A stretch of 64,000 bases of DNA from Promethearchaeota archaeon (GTDB lineage: Archaea > Asgardarchaeota > Lokiarchaeia > Sigyniarchaeales > SOKP01), in contig JBHLON010000002.1 of assembly GCA_048940445.1 (NCBI GenBank), forward strand, positions 64,001-128,000, read 5' to 3'. A program made the translations under genes and the position numbers. The notes beneath the pieces are model-generated. The model saw nothing but the letters and a program-made list of their open reading frames with translations, was not told the origin of the DNA and did not search any database. Below are positions 33,625 through 44,926 of the stretch, one piece after another (position 1 is the stretch's first letter; every line of letters starts with the position of its first letter).

Positions 33625-34035
33625 TTGGTAAATATGGCTGCGAAAACGGGAGCTGTTTTAGGTTTAGTTGGAGGATTAATATTAGCAGCACTAAACTTAA
33701 TTGCATTTCAAATTCTACCATGGGTTTTATCTCCCCCGCCCAACATCGTCATGGCTTACATCCTCAACTTTATAATTACTTTTATCTGGGTAGCTATTAC
33801 TGTGACGGGAGCTATTTTAGATTTAAGAGACATTTTCATTGGGAAATATATTATGTTGGCGGGTGGGATTCTAATCTTGATAGGTAAAATGATTCCAATA
33901 GCAACTTGTGGATCTCCACAAGCCTGCTTTCAATTACTACATTTCATTCCGTTAAATCGTTCTTTCTGGTTTATTGATGCTATCCTCATTATTATTGGTG
34001 GAATTACATCTATTGCTAAAGTAAAAGAAGCGTAA
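33625..34035 (+). CDS. 4-TM membrane protein
   Basis: Paralog of 33016-33414 with duplicated upstream region. Confidence 0.75.
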   Translation: MVNMAAKTGAVLGLVGGLILAALNLIAFQILPWVLSPPPNIVMAYILNFIITFIWVAITVTGAILDLRDIFIGKYIMLAGGILILIGKMIPIATCGSPQACFQLLHFIPLNRSFWFIDAILIIIGGITSIAKVKEA

Positions 34036-34104
34036 AAAATATCAAAAATTTTTTTTTTTTATATTGACTTTTTATTCCTTTTTATGTAAATTAAAATGAA
34101 TATG

Positions 34105-34437
34105 AGACGAGTGATATATATACCCACCTTTTTGTAATATTTTTCGTCACCAAAAAATATTTGAGGCATCAAACTACGCGGCCTACCCAAAGCTCGCTCC
34201 AAGTGCCTCATCACTTTCATTTGGCCTTACACCAAGGTTTTTAGCTCGTTCCAACCATTCCTTTAAACAATTTCTTTGGCTTATATCCAAATCATTAATA
34301 TTTGTAAAAAGGCAGTGCCGTTTCAGTTCCTAAAATACGGTTCTCACCGTAGTAACTTTCATTACACCTTGCTTGGAGTGTGAGGTGAGGTTCCTCAGCA
34401 GGTCATACCTACCGTCAGCCTCATATATCACTCGTCT
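34105..34437 (-). ncRNA. rnpB: RNase P RNA (archaeal)
   Basis: 15-bp terminal P1 (AGACGAGTGATATAT/ATATATCACTCGTCT); GAGGAACCUCACC pairing with ACAAAAAGGUGGGUAU (P4); UGAAAC motif; GC-richer 333-nt intergenic island. Confidence 0.9.
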
Positions 34438-34490
34438 GTTTTCTTAATAGGAAAGATTACTATAAAAAATTTTTCTTAATTTTACCGCTC

Positions 34491-35684
34491 TCAAATATTA
34501 AGTGAAAAATTAATAAAATAATTATCAAACTTCATATCATATTTTGGTGTAATATTTTTTAGGGCTATAATAAATTTTTCACTTCTTAGATAATCAATAT
34601 ACTCTTTCTTGTAAAACCAGCCTTGAGGTAATTTAAATGTAAAATTCCATAATTTTGGGATTGAATTCTCTTTCCTATGAATTTTATTAGGAGAATATAA
34701 TACTTTATCGCAACATGTTTGCCAAAACTGAAATAACTTGGTATCTACTTTTTCATTATTTTTAATTGGATCTCTTTTGAAGGAAAATGATGCAAGTATC
34801 ATTAGGACAGGCAATGCATATTTAAATTGTATAAATGTATGTTTATCTTGTAATGATTTAGTAAAATTTTCCCAATTTGTACCACTATCTTTTAATCCAT
34901 CCTCCATAATAGTATAATATAATTGTTTCGTTAATTTTGGTTTAGTATTTACAAATTGGAATATTCTAAGAGCACAAGAAAGACGCCATTTAAAATTTTT
35001 TTTGTCTAGATTAGAAAGAGCGTTAAATAATGTAATTTTTCGTTCCTCCAATGGTAATGATTTGGTTTTATCAGCAATCTCAGTTAAATTTTGACGTATA
35101 GACTCATAATTATCAAAATAGTGATTAAAAATTTTGGCATAGTCATAACCTAAAATATCAATAATAGTAAAAGCAGTTAAAATTTGAAAGAAAATATGGT
35201 TATCTTCTTTAACTTGCCATAAATTTTCTAAATCAAGATCAGTAAAAATAGAACTTGCTCCATAGTAGCTTGATTCTCCAGTAAATATAGTTCCTGGGAG
35301 TAAATGGTATTTTATAGTTCCATATAAAACTGATTGCTGTTTTAAATTCAATTGCAGTTTAGAATACAGCTTAATTTGTTTGATCAAATCAGCGGATTCA
35401 AAATTATGCCATACTCTATTAAATGGTCTTCCAATATCATGAAATAAAAGTAAAAGAGGGAAAATATTTTTGTCATATTGAACAATTTCAATTAAAGTAT
35501 TCTTTAATAAATCTAAATTCTTTGATTTAACTTCAAGCCTAAGGTTTTCATTTAAAGCAGCGTAATAAATCCATAATGAGCGAAAAATATGTCTTAATGT
35601 CCTCAATGTTTCAGTTTGATTATACTCAAGACCGTTCTTTATAAGATACCCCCATTCAGGTAATCTCTTTACAATTTTATTCAT
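34491..35684 (-). CDS. HD-domain hypothetical protein (frame is open further upstream; possible ATT start at 35777)
   Basis: LRH...LFHDIGRP...H...H...D pattern. Confidence 0.75.
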   Translation of the reverse strand: MNKIVKRLPEWGYLIKNGLEYNQTETLRTLRHIFRSLWIYYAALNENLRLEVKSKNLDLLKNTLIEIVQYDKNIFPLLLLFHDIGRPFNRVWHNFESADLIKQIKLYSKLQLNLKQQSVLYGTIKYHLLPGTIFTGESSYYGASSIFTDLDLENLWQVKEDNHIFFQILTAFTIIDILGYDYAKIFNHYFDNYESIRQNLTEIADKTKSLPLEERKITLFNALSNLDKKNFKWRLSCALRIFQFVNTKPKLTKQLYYTIMEDGLKDSGTNWENFTKSLQDKHTFIQFKYALPVLMILASFSFKRDPIKNNEKVDTKLFQFWQTCCDKVLYSPNKIHRKENSIPKLWNFTFKLPQGWFYKKEYIDYLRSEKFIIALKNITPKYDMKFDNYFINFSLNI

Positions 35685-35858
35685 TTGTAAGGAATTTAGT
35701 AAGTTTTCACCTGAAGAATCACAGAACTTTAAATCAATTTTTCCAAAGATTTCATTAAGATAGTCAAAAATGTTAATACTATATTTTCCTCTTTAATTTT
35801 GTTAAAGATAATACAAAAAAACTATTATTGAAGATAAAACTTTCTTTGTATATAATTC

Positions 35859-35966
35859 CTAATCTATTAAACTAAATGTTCCATCTTCAGCACCACATTT
35901 AGGACATTTCTTAGGGATTTCTTCCATTTCAAAGACTGCTTCGCATTTATCGCATTTCCAAGGCAT
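35859..35966 (-). CDS. 35-aa rubredoxin-like / Zn-ribbon microprotein (absent from ORF track)
   Basis: MPWKCDKCEAVFEMEEIPKKCPKCGAEDGTFSLID. Confidence 0.8.
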   Translation of the reverse strand: MPWKCDKCEAVFEMEEIPKKCPKCGAEDGTFSLID

Positions 35967-36085
35967 GATTAATTATCTTGTTATTTAGCAATCCTAATTA
36001 GCTTACAATACAGATACAAAAACATAATAAAAATTTATATTATTAAATTATATTTTTTTATCAGAATATATCAGAAATTTTTATA

Positions 36086-36910
36086 TTAAGACTCAGATAA
36101 GAGTTCTATTTCTTCTTTTGTTAATATAATATCTGCTGCTTCAACATTAGAAATCATGTGTTTTACTTGCTGTGCCTTAGGTATAGTGATCACATTTTTG
36201 TGGTTAATCAACCAAGCAATTGCTATTTGCTGAATCGTAGCATTATGACTCTTCGCGACTCTTTCAAGCCGTTCTCTTAAATCACCATTTATTTTTGTAT
36301 ATCCTCTGTGTGCTAATGGACTGTACGCTGTCATTATGATGTTATGTTCTTGATAATATGGAAGCGATTTGATTATATGTTTTTGAAATGTTAAATTTGC
36401 GTGTAGTTGATTATTAACTAGCTTGCTATCTTTCAGATAATCTTGGGCTTTAATAAATTGATCCACAGAAAAATTACTTACCCCAATATACCTTGTTTTT
36501 TCTTCTTTCAAAAGATCTTCCAGAACTGACATTTGTTTTTTGATCGAAATTAGACTTGATGGCCAATGTATCAAGTACAAATCTAGTTGTTTTATACCCA
36601 AATGTTTTAACGTCTTGTACGCAGCCTTTTTCATAGTTTTATATCTGAAGTGGATTGGAAATAATTTACTGGTTATGAATAAATCATCTCGGTTATATTC
36701 CTTAATAATTTCTCCTACTAATTTCTCAGATTTTCCCATTCCATAAAGTTCAGCTGTATCAATATGAGTTAAACCTAGTTCAATCCCCTTCCTTAAAGAT
36801 TCTTTCCATTCTTCATAAGAGGATTTAGATCCAAACCTCTTTACGCCCCACATTCCTTGACCGAGCACTGGAAGTTTTTCTCTATCCTCACCAATTTCAA
36901 TATATCTCAA
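36086..36910 (-). CDS. Aldo/keto reductase
   Basis: HIDTAELYG, FITSK, DLYLIHWP, IGVSNF, AYSPL, IPK. Confidence 0.95.
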   Translation of the reverse strand: MRYIEIGEDREKLPVLGQGMWGVKRFGSKSSYEEWKESLRKGIELGLTHIDTAELYGMGKSEKLVGEIIKEYNRDDLFITSKLFPIHFRYKTMKKAAYKTLKHLGIKQLDLYLIHWPSSLISIKKQMSVLEDLLKEEKTRYIGVSNFSVDQFIKAQDYLKDSKLVNNQLHANLTFQKHIIKSLPYYQEHNIIMTAYSPLAHRGYTKINGDLRERLERVAKSHNATIQQIAIAWLINHKNVITIPKAQQVKHMISNVEAADIILTKEEIELLSES

Positions 36911-37066
36911 AAAGACTCACCTCAATTTACAGATAACTTAATTAAGATTATATTTTTAATTTCTTCAATTTATTGAAGATTTAAGGATTTAATTTAATTA
37001 AGAATTAAAATATCTCAGAGATCTTTATAATTTATAAAACTTTGAAGCAATTTTATTCAATAGTTT

Positions 37067-37594
37067 TTATATCATATTCAAAATTTTTTCAAATATCTCT
37101 TGTTGATTATTTAGATTCAATAGAAATAATTTTATACTAGGTAGGTTTAGAAGCTCACTTTTTATTGTATGTTTTAACTTTTGTCCGATTGTTGCTATTA
37201 TCCTTACTTTTGAATTGAACATTTTTTTTAAAAATGACAGAAATAGTTGAGAGTTCAATTCCATTTTTCCAATTTCATCAATTATAAGAAGATCAACGTT
37301 CTGTAAATTCCTGAAATTTAAATCTTTTAGATAAGTGTCAAATTCCTCAATAAATATGGAGTAATTTCCTAATCTATATTTTGTATCATAAACTCCTTTA
37401 CGAGCAAGGAGTGAAAACTCACCAGACTGAATGTCTTCGATATCAAAACCAAGTCTCTTCCCTTCTTTCTGTATCTCAGGTGTTAAAAACCCTGCTATAA
37501 CATAATTTTTTGATTTATAATAGGAAATTAATTTTTTTATCAATGTTGATTTTCCACATCTAGGAGGTCCAGTAATTAGGATCTTAGAATACAT
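37067..37594 (-). CDS. Nucleoside-triphosphatase (THEP1/NTPase_1)
   Basis: GPPRCGKST, GFLTPE, IIDEIGKME. Confidence 0.9.
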   Translation of the reverse strand: MYSKILITGPPRCGKSTLIKKLISYYKSKNYVIAGFLTPEIQKEGKRLGFDIEDIQSGEFSLLARKGVYDTKYRLGNYSIFIEEFDTYLKDLNFRNLQNVDLLIIDEIGKMELNSQLFLSFLKKMFNSKVRIIATIGQKLKHTIKSELLNLPSIKLFLLNLNNQQEIFEKILNMI

Positions 37595-37625
37595 AATGAA
37601 ATCATTTTGAACAAAATGGGAATTT

Positions 37626-38774
37626 CTAGCTTTTCTTCTTCGATAATTCCTGAAATTTCAACAATAGTTTCTTTTGTTCATCATTAATGTCTTTCGGAAT
37701 CTCTATCTTGACAACTACATATTGGTCACCTTTAGCTCTCCCTCTCAAATAAGGTACACCGTGATTTTTTATCCGAAATTCTGTTCCATATTGTGTTCCC
37801 GGTGGAATAGATAATTCTCTTTCAGTTAATCGATTATTTTTGTGATCAAGGGTGGGAACCTTTATTTTTCCCCCAGTTATAGCAGTTACTATATCAATGT
37901 TCATCGGAGTATAAAGATCATTACCGCGTCGTATAAAATTCTCGTTTCCATGAATTCTTATTCCTAAATATAGATCTCCAGGAATGGCATTTGTAGATGG
38001 AACATGACCAGCACCTTGTACTTTTAGATGTACACCTTCCTCTATACCTGCAGGAATGTCTACGTGAATAGTTTTAGTTTCTGGTACAACCTTTTTCCCA
38101 TTACACACCTTGCACTTCTTTCCGATTGCCTTCCCTGTTCCATTACAAACATTACATTCAGTAGTACGAATTATAGTACTAAAACCCTGTCTTGACATTG
38201 TTCTAACTTGACCAGTGCCCTCACAATTAGAACAATCTTTAATACTTGAAGGATCTTCAGCTCCGGTACCTTCACACGCGTCACATGGAGTATATCTCTG
38301 TATCTTGATATCTCTTTTTACTCCGAACATAGCTTCTTCAAAGGTAATCTCAACATGATCTTCAATATCTTGCCCTACCTCTCTTCGAGGTCGTGATCTA
38401 GGGCGAGTTCTCCCTCCAAAAAAACTTCCGAATCCAAAGTCATCATCACCAAATATACTTCCTCCTCCAAAAATAGATCTAAATATTTCATTAATTCCTG
38501 GAATACCTCCACTGAAAAAGTCACTCATATCGACATGTACTCCACTAAAACCAAATCGATCATAATTATTTCTCTTTTCGGGATCATTTAACACTTCATA
38601 AGCTTCTTGTAATTCAATAAATTTCTCTTTAGCTTTAGGATCTGTTTTATTAACATCTGGATGAAGCTTTCTTGCTAATCTTCGATATGCTAATTTGATA
38701 TCATCAGTACTAGCATCTTTAGATACACCCAATACCTCATAATAATCGCGTTTTTTTGAGGACACTACATTCAC
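37626..38774 (-). CDS. dnaJ: Chaperone DnaJ
   Basis: J domain HPD, G/F region, four CxxCxGxG-type repeats. Confidence 0.97.
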   Translation of the reverse strand: MNVVSSKKRDYYEVLGVSKDASTDDIKLAYRRLARKLHPDVNKTDPKAKEKFIELQEAYEVLNDPEKRNNYDRFGFSGVHVDMSDFFSGGIPGINEIFRSIFGGGSIFGDDDFGFGSFFGGRTRPRSRPRREVGQDIEDHVEITFEEAMFGVKRDIKIQRYTPCDACEGTGAEDPSSIKDCSNCEGTGQVRTMSRQGFSTIIRTTECNVCNGTGKAIGKKCKVCNGKKVVPETKTIHVDIPAGIEEGVHLKVQGAGHVPSTNAIPGDLYLGIRIHGNENFIRRGNDLYTPMNIDIVTAITGGKIKVPTLDHKNNRLTERELSIPPGTQYGTEFRIKNHGVPYLRGRAKGDQYVVVKIEIPKDINDEQKKLLLKFQELSKKKS

Positions 38775-39014
38775 TTAATTTATATCCGTGATCTTTTATA
38801 TTAAAACTGTCTTATATGGTTGCCAATTTAGTAAGTAAAATAAATTCTAACATATATTTTTTTGGGTCATCAAATATTAACAAAATCTGAACTAAATTTG
38901 TATCCCTTCTTTAGTTTCCATTAGAAATAGAGATCTATAAATAAACTACAATCAAAAATTGATATACGAATTTTTTAGTAAAAACAAATAAAAACTAATT
39001 AAAGTGTATATTTA

Positions 39015-39245
39015 ATGGCATGGACTCCACCAAGTAAATTTATCGTGGTATTAACCTTTCTTTTATGGATATTCGGACTCTTTATCCTTTTCGATCTCTC
39101 TGGTATTATTTGGTCTCCTCAACTATTACCCTCATTTTCGCTTTTCACATTTTCCCCAAACCAAACATGGATGCTAATTGCAATAATAATATTCTTTTTT
39201 ACTTGGTTTCTATTTTTTCTCGCAATAAAAGTGCGAGGTATATAA
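39015..39245 (+). CDS. Small 2-TM membrane protein
   Basis: MAWTPPSK, two hydrophobic helices, poly-T after stop. Confidence 0.7.
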   Translation: MAWTPPSKFIVVLTFLLWIFGLFILFDLSGIIWSPQLLPSFSLFTFSPNQTWMLIAIIIFFFTWFLFFLAIKVRGI

Positions 39246-39385
39246 TTTTAAAATTCTTTTTTTTTAATTAATACCTAAAAATTAAAAAATTGAAATAAGT
39301 TAAGATATGAAGAACATTAAGCTTCTTATCAAAAAATGATGTTATAAAAAGAAAGAATTCTATTAAATATTTTATTATATTGTTG

Positions 39386-41383
39386 CTAATCCTCGTCCCA
39401 ATCGACGTCCACAACTTTCTTTTTCTTATCTTCTTCTTCTTTTTTATATGTAGCGCCGCCTTCTCCAGTACCAGCTTCTCCTCCTGGTGGAGCTCCACCC
39501 ATACCTCCAGGTGGAACACCCCCCATACCACTTGCGGCTTTCTGTGCTTGCTCAGCTGCTTGTTGATATACTTGGTCTTGAGCTTGGGAAGCATAAATTC
39601 TTTGAGAAAAGCTATACATAGACTTTTGGAGATTTTCGATTCCTAATTTAATTCTACTTACATCATCTGTTTTGATGTCTTCCTCTAATGATTTAATAGC
39701 AGCTTCAATTTCCTTTTTCTCTTTTTCTTGGATTTTATCTTTATTATCATCCATTAACTTTCGTGTTTGATAGATCATCGAATCTGCGTTATTCTTTGCT
39801 TCAATTAGTTCACGTACTTTTTTATCGGCTTCCTCAAATTTTTCTGCATCTCTGACTTTCTGTTGAATTTCTTCTTCACTTAAACCTTTTGCTCCGGTCA
39901 CTGTAATACCTGTTTCTTTCCCTGTACCTAAATCTTTTGCTGTTACATGAACGATCCCATCAGCGTCAATTGAAAACTTTACCTCAATCTGAGGAATTCC
40001 TCGAGGCGCTGGAGGAATACCAGTTAAATGAAACATTCCTAATGAAATGTTATCCTTTGCCATTGCTCGTTCTCCTTGTAGTACATTAATAGTAACAGCA
40101 GGCTGATTATCTGCAGCAGTGCTAAAGATTTGATGTTTTTCTGTAGGAATGGTTGAATTCCTCTCTATCAATTTAGTAAATACTCCACCTAAAGTCTCTA
40201 CACCTAATGATAATGGAGTAACATCTAAAAGAAGAAGGTCTTCAACATCTCCTGCTATAATTCCACCTTGAATTGCAGCACCAATGGCTACACATTCCAT
40301 TGGGTCGACAGAATGCTCTGGTTCTTGCTTAAAGAATTTTTTAAAGCGTTCTTGAACAGATGGCATTCTTGTAGGACCTCCAACTAAAATAACCTTATCC
40401 ACATCATTAGCAGAAACTTTCGCATCTGATACTGCTCTTTGCATTATAGGATCTAACCTTTTTAATGTGGGTTCGATAAGTTGTTCTAATTTCGCTCGTG
40501 TTAATTCCATCTCCAAATGAACAGGATTTCCTCCTTTCTGTGTAATGTAAGGTAAATTTATTTGGGTTGATAATGTTGTAGATAACTCGATTTTTGCTTT
40601 TTCGGCAGCATCTTTAATTCTAATCATTGCTTTATTGTCCCCTTTTAGATCAATACTTTCCTTTTTTCTAAATTCTTCCTCGACCCAATCAATTATTGCG
40701 TTATCCATGTCTGTTCCTCCTAATTGAGTATCCCCGGCTGTCGAAAGAACCTCCACCACACCTTCACCATACTCCATGAGTGTTATATCGAAGGTTCCAC
40801 CACCCAAATCGAGTACACATATTTTAAGCAACTTATTTTTTGTATCCTTATCTAATCCGTAAGCTAGACAAGCTGCAGTAGGTTCATTAATCATACGTAC
40901 TACTTCTAAACCTGCAATCTCACCAGCATTCTTTGTTGCTGTCCTTTGAGCATCATTAAAATATGCTGGTACAGTAATAACTGCCTTTTTAACCTCCTCA
41001 CCTAAATATGCTGATGCGTCATTCTTGATCTTAGTGAGGATCATGGCACTAATTTCTTCGGGTGAAAACTCTTTCCACTCTTTTCCTACTTTCACCTTTG
41101 CCTTATATGAGAGCCCCATTTTACGTTTAATAGCCGTTATAGTACCATCTGGGTTGCTTACAGCTTGACGACGCGCTGGTTCTCCTACTATCTTTCGACC
41201 ATTTTCATCAAAAGCAACATAGGATGGAAATGCTTTACCTCCTAACGTACGACCTTCAGCAGCTGGAATAATTTCAGGTTTTCCAGTACCACCTAAAACA
41301 GCACATGCACTATTACTAGTGCCGAGATCTATACCGATGATCTTCTCCTTTTTCTTGGCTTTTTGAGCTTTTTCCTCACTCAT
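39386..41383 (-). CDS. dnaK: Chaperone DnaK (Hsp70)
   Basis: [34 protein letters not shown]. Confidence 0.98.
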   Translation of the reverse strand: MSEEKAQKAKKKEKIIGIDLGTSNSACAVLGGTGKPEIIPAAEGRTLGGKAFPSYVAFDENGRKIVGEPARRQAVSNPDGTITAIKRKMGLSYKAKVKVGKEWKEFSPEEISAMILTKIKNDASAYLGEEVKKAVITVPAYFNDAQRTATKNAGEIAGLEVVRMINEPTAACLAYGLDKDTKNKLLKICVLDLGGGTFDITLMEYGEGVVEVLSTAGDTQLGGTDMDNAIIDWVEEEFRKKESIDLKGDNKAMIRIKDAAEKAKIELSTTLSTQINLPYITQKGGNPVHLEMELTRAKLEQLIEPTLKRLDPIMQRAVSDAKVSANDVDKVILVGGPTRMPSVQERFKKFFKQEPEHSVDPMECVAIGAAIQGGIIAGDVEDLLLLDVTPLSLGVETLGGVFTKLIERNSTIPTEKHQIFSTAADNQPAVTINVLQGERAMAKDNISLGMFHLTGIPPAPRGIPQIEVKFSIDADGIVHVTAKDLGTGKETGITVTGAKGLSEEEIQQKVRDAEKFEEADKKVRELIEAKNNADSMIYQTRKLMDDNKDKIQEKEKKEIEAAIKSLEEDIKTDDVSRIKLGIENLQKSMYSFSQRIYASQAQDQVYQQAAEQAQKAASGMGGVPPGGMGGAPPGGEAGTGEGGATYKKEEEDKKKKVVDVDWDED

Positions 41384-41582
41384 GATAAAAGTTCACTTTC
41401 TAATTATTAATGTTTATAATTTATTTGCAAATAATTATTTTATTCTACATTATTTCTTATTAAGAATATAATTAATGGTAAAATTTTAATTTTTTTTATA
41501 ATGATCTATAAATCATATTTCTAAAAAAGTTTCATTTATATTGATCAAATTAAAACGTTTTGATACATGAAGGTTCATATTT

Positions 41583-42425
41583 ATGGTAGATAAAAAGAAA
41601 ATGGAGAGTAAGAAAGAGCAACCATCTCAATCTAATAACGAAGCTAAAGAAAAAGGTTCTGAGACTGAAGAATCAAATATTGTTGAGAAAAAAGATACTA
41701 AATTGATTGAAGGTGAAGAACCACGAAAATTAGAATACTTTTCTAAAGAGGAATTAGTAGAGAAACTTAACATGTTAGAGAAGGATATTAAAGAAAAAGA
41801 AAAATCTCTCTCTCAATTTCAAGCACAAGCAAAAGATTGGAAGGACAAGTATATGAGACTTCAAGCTGAATTTGAGAATGCTCATAAAAGATGGGAAAAA
41901 AATCGTCAGAACCTACATCTTCAATATACAGCATCGACGTTAAAGAGTTTCTTACCATTATATGATTCTTATAAGAAAGCACTCGAGGGGAATAATCCTC
42001 ATAAAGATATATTGAAAGGTTTTTATGATCAGTTTATGAATATTTTAAAATTTTATAAAGCTGAACCGATAAAAGTTAACATTGGCGATCCTTTCGATTA
42101 TAATTATCATGAAGCTGTAAGCACTATTGAAAAGAATGACGTTCCAAGTAATACAATTATAGACATTATTCAAGATGGATGGAAATTAGATAAAGAAGTT
42201 ATTCGATATGCTAAAGTGGTAATAGCCCGTGAACCTAAGCCTCCAGAACCAGAGCCAGAGCCAGAACCAGAGTTAGCACCGGAACAAGAAACAAAACAAG
42301 AACTAGAACAGGAACGAGAACTAAAACCTGAGGAAAAAAAAGAAGAAGGACAATCAGCTGAAAAAACAAGAGACAAAGAGAAAGATTCTGATTTTGGAGA
42401 AAACACACCGAAAGAAAACCATTAA
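41583..42425 (+). CDS. grpE: Nucleotide exchange factor GrpE with acidic/PE-repeat tail
   Basis: RLQAEFEN, FDYNYHEA, QDGW.L...VIRYAKVVIA. Confidence 0.92.
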   Translation: MVDKKKMESKKEQPSQSNNEAKEKGSETEESNIVEKKDTKLIEGEEPRKLEYFSKEELVEKLNMLEKDIKEKEKSLSQFQAQAKDWKDKYMRLQAEFENAHKRWEKNRQNLHLQYTASTLKSFLPLYDSYKKALEGNNPHKDILKGFYDQFMNILKFYKAEPIKVNIGDPFDYNYHEAVSTIEKNDVPSNTIIDIIQDGWKLDKEVIRYAKVVIAREPKPPEPEPEPEPELAPEQETKQELEQERELKPEEKKEEGQSAEKTRDKEKDSDFGENTPKENH

Positions 42426-42594
42426 AACCGTTCTTTTTTGGATCAAATTTATTTAATCATAATTATATTTTTTAAAATATAAAGAATTTCCTTGTTTTTT
42501 TACCAATTTTAATTATTCTTTATAGACTTCTTATTGCATATAATAAAAATCTATTTTTACTCATTTATACTCTTTCAGAATGTAAGGTGAAAAT

Positions 42595-43458
42595 ATGAAT
42601 AAAATTAGAAAGGTTAAATTAACTTTAAAAAGTCGTCCTACGATAGAAGGAGCTGGAGTAAGATTAAAGAGAGCGTTTGGATATGCTGATTCTTCATTAG
42701 ATCCATTTTTACTTTTAGATGATTTTCATTCGGATGATCCTAATGATTATATAGCAGGATTTCCGTGGCATCCACATCGTGGAATAGAAACCATAACGTA
42801 TATGCTTCATGGAAAAATTGAACATGGTGATAGTTTAGGCAATGGAGGAGTCATTGAAGAAGGAGATGTTCAGTGGATGACTGCTGGCTCTGGGATCATA
42901 CATCAAGAAATGCCAAAGCGAGATAACAGTAAGCCTCTTTTATGGGGGTTTCAACTTTGGGCTAACTTACCTGCGGCGCATAAGATGAGAGACCCTCGTT
43001 ATAGAGATATTAAAAAAAATCAAATTCCAGAAGTTAAAGCAGGGAACGGTGTAAAAGTTAAAATAATATGTGGAGAGATCAATGGAATAAAAGGACCCGT
43101 ACAGGACATCGTAACAGAACCAGAATACTTAGATGTACAAGTAGAAGCTCATTCTGAATTTAAACACTCAACTAAAAAGGAAAATAATGTAATTGCTTAT
43201 GTAATACAAGGTGAAGCTTATTTTGATGAAAGTAATGATAAACTGGTCGGAGCTGAAGGTTTAGTATTATATCAAGAGGGAGACGAAATCTTGATTAGAA
43301 CTGTAAATAACGGTGTTCGATTCCTCTTGATTTCTGGAAAACCATTGAGGGAACCGGTGGCTTGGCGAGGTCCTATTGTAATGAACACAGATGAAGAGTT
43401 AAAAATTGCATTTCGAGAATTTGAAAATGGAACATTTATTAAGCACCACACAAAATAA
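42595..43458 (+). CDS. Pirin family protein
   Basis: DPFLLLD, HPHRGIET, WMTAGSGIIHQE, EPVAWRGPIVMNT. Confidence 0.95.
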   Translation: MNKIRKVKLTLKSRPTIEGAGVRLKRAFGYADSSLDPFLLLDDFHSDDPNDYIAGFPWHPHRGIETITYMLHGKIEHGDSLGNGGVIEEGDVQWMTAGSGIIHQEMPKRDNSKPLLWGFQLWANLPAAHKMRDPRYRDIKKNQIPEVKAGNGVKVKIICGEINGIKGPVQDIVTEPEYLDVQVEAHSEFKHSTKKENNVIAYVIQGEAYFDESNDKLVGAEGLVLYQEGDEILIRTVNNGVRFLLISGKPLREPVAWRGPIVMNTDEELKIAFREFENGTFIKHHTK

Positions 43459-43469
43459 TGAATAGTTAA

Positions 43470-44135
43470 TTAGATATGATACGATGCAAAAAATATTAGA
43501 AATATACCAATAATTATTTCGAATAGAATCGCCGATAGCCCTCCTATTGATGATAGAATTTCATACACTTTGGAGGTAGGTATGATAATTTTTATCCCAT
43601 TAACAATACCAATGAAAATGCTAGTAATAATTCCCAACCATCCAATTGATGACCCTAAAATGATTGAAAATGCGAGTGTACCAATTGACCATGCAATCAT
43701 TGCATATGAAAATCTATTGCTTTTTCTTTGCAGAATGATATGATATGAATCAATCAATGGACTTTTTTCTGTACTACTGGTAACTGAGTATCTTTTTGCT
43801 ATATTGAGAAGCTTCAAGTAATCTTTTTCACTATAAACTTGGATTGAGCCTTCTGTTATTCGAAAGACAATCAATACGATTCCAAGTATTATATTATACG
43901 GACTAAAAACAATAAATAGCAATATAGCAAGTGTAATAACACTAAAGTGCTCTATAAGCGCTAAAACAACGCTCATTAGAAATTTTCTTGGACTATTGTT
44001 AAAGTCTAGCAGTTTAGCATCAGATTTAAAATGTTTTGACGTTGGTTCTAAAATATAGCCAAATGCAGCCATTACAACTTGCAAAGCCAAGATAAATAGA
44101 AAGAAAAAACCAGATAGCCTTGTCAATATAATCAT
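43470..44135 (-). CDS. DUF4386-like membrane protein
   Basis: RLSGFFFL, FRITEG, 6 TM, FE...G..L. Confidence 0.65.
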   Translation of the reverse strand: MIILTRLSGFFFLFILALQVVMAAFGYILEPTSKHFKSDAKLLDFNNSPRKFLMSVVLALIEHFSVITLAILLFIVFSPYNIILGIVLIVFRITEGSIQVYSEKDYLKLLNIAKRYSVTSSTEKSPLIDSYHIILQRKSNRFSYAMIAWSIGTLAFSIILGSSIGWLGIITSIFIGIVNGIKIIIPTSKVYEILSSIGGLSAILFEIIIGIFLIFFASYHI

Positions 44136-44511
44136 AAAGAATCCACCGATTTATTCTACCCTAATCTATGAACCTCGAGGCAGCCATGTCTTTCAGAATC
44201 TATTGCTTTCATCATATAGATAATAGTCTATTTAAACTTATAAATGTAAATATTAATTCCATTTAAACTATGGCCGAAATGTTCATATGTACACCTTAGC
44301 CGAAGAATTACTATAACTATTGACTATATTGAACTTAACTGGTTTTTTCTTTTCAATAATGCCCACAATCACCCTTTATTCTAAGGATAACACCAGATTA
44401 TTTTCTAAAAGTTTCTAATTCCACTTTATAATCTAAAGCAACCTTGAAGATAATTAATTTTTTATACTGAAGATAAGATAATACTATTACTCAGGAAATT
44501 AAATAATCATT

Positions 44512-44691
44512 ATGTCTACTTGTAATTATTGCGGAAAAGAAATCGGTGACTTGCCTTTTAAATGTAAGAATTGCGGAAATCTATTTTGTTCCAAACATAG
44601 ATTACTTGAAAATCATGAATGTAAATTTGATTTTGAAGGTTCTATATTTAATGAAAATCAAAAACTAAAAGCTAAAAAACAAAGCAATTAA
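44512..44691 (+). CDS. AN1-type zinc finger microprotein (59 aa, absent from ORF track)
   Basis: CNYC...LPFKCKNCGNLFCSKHRLLENHEC. Confidence 0.85.
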   Translation: MSTCNYCGKEIGDLPFKCKNCGNLFCSKHRLLENHECKFDFEGSIFNENQKLKAKKQSN

Positions 44692-44926
44692 ATTGGTTTT
44701 TATTGATTTTTAGGAAATTTTTTAAAGAGCTTGTTCCATGGGTCATCTATTTATGATTATTACTAATGTGGAGTTTAAAAAAAACACACTTAGAGAATAT
44801 ATAAGTAGAGATTTCATTAAAAGTAGTCAATTTAATATTAATACTTAAATTTAATATCATCTTACTTCTTTACAATTAATTTAATTAGCAATTGATATTC
44901 TATCATCTTTTTTAATAAATAGTGAG

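Noticed and set aside
44136-44460. Short ORF-like pieces in the gap upstream of the DUF4386 gene
   Set aside because: Under 25 codons and no recognisable family; probably decayed DNA.
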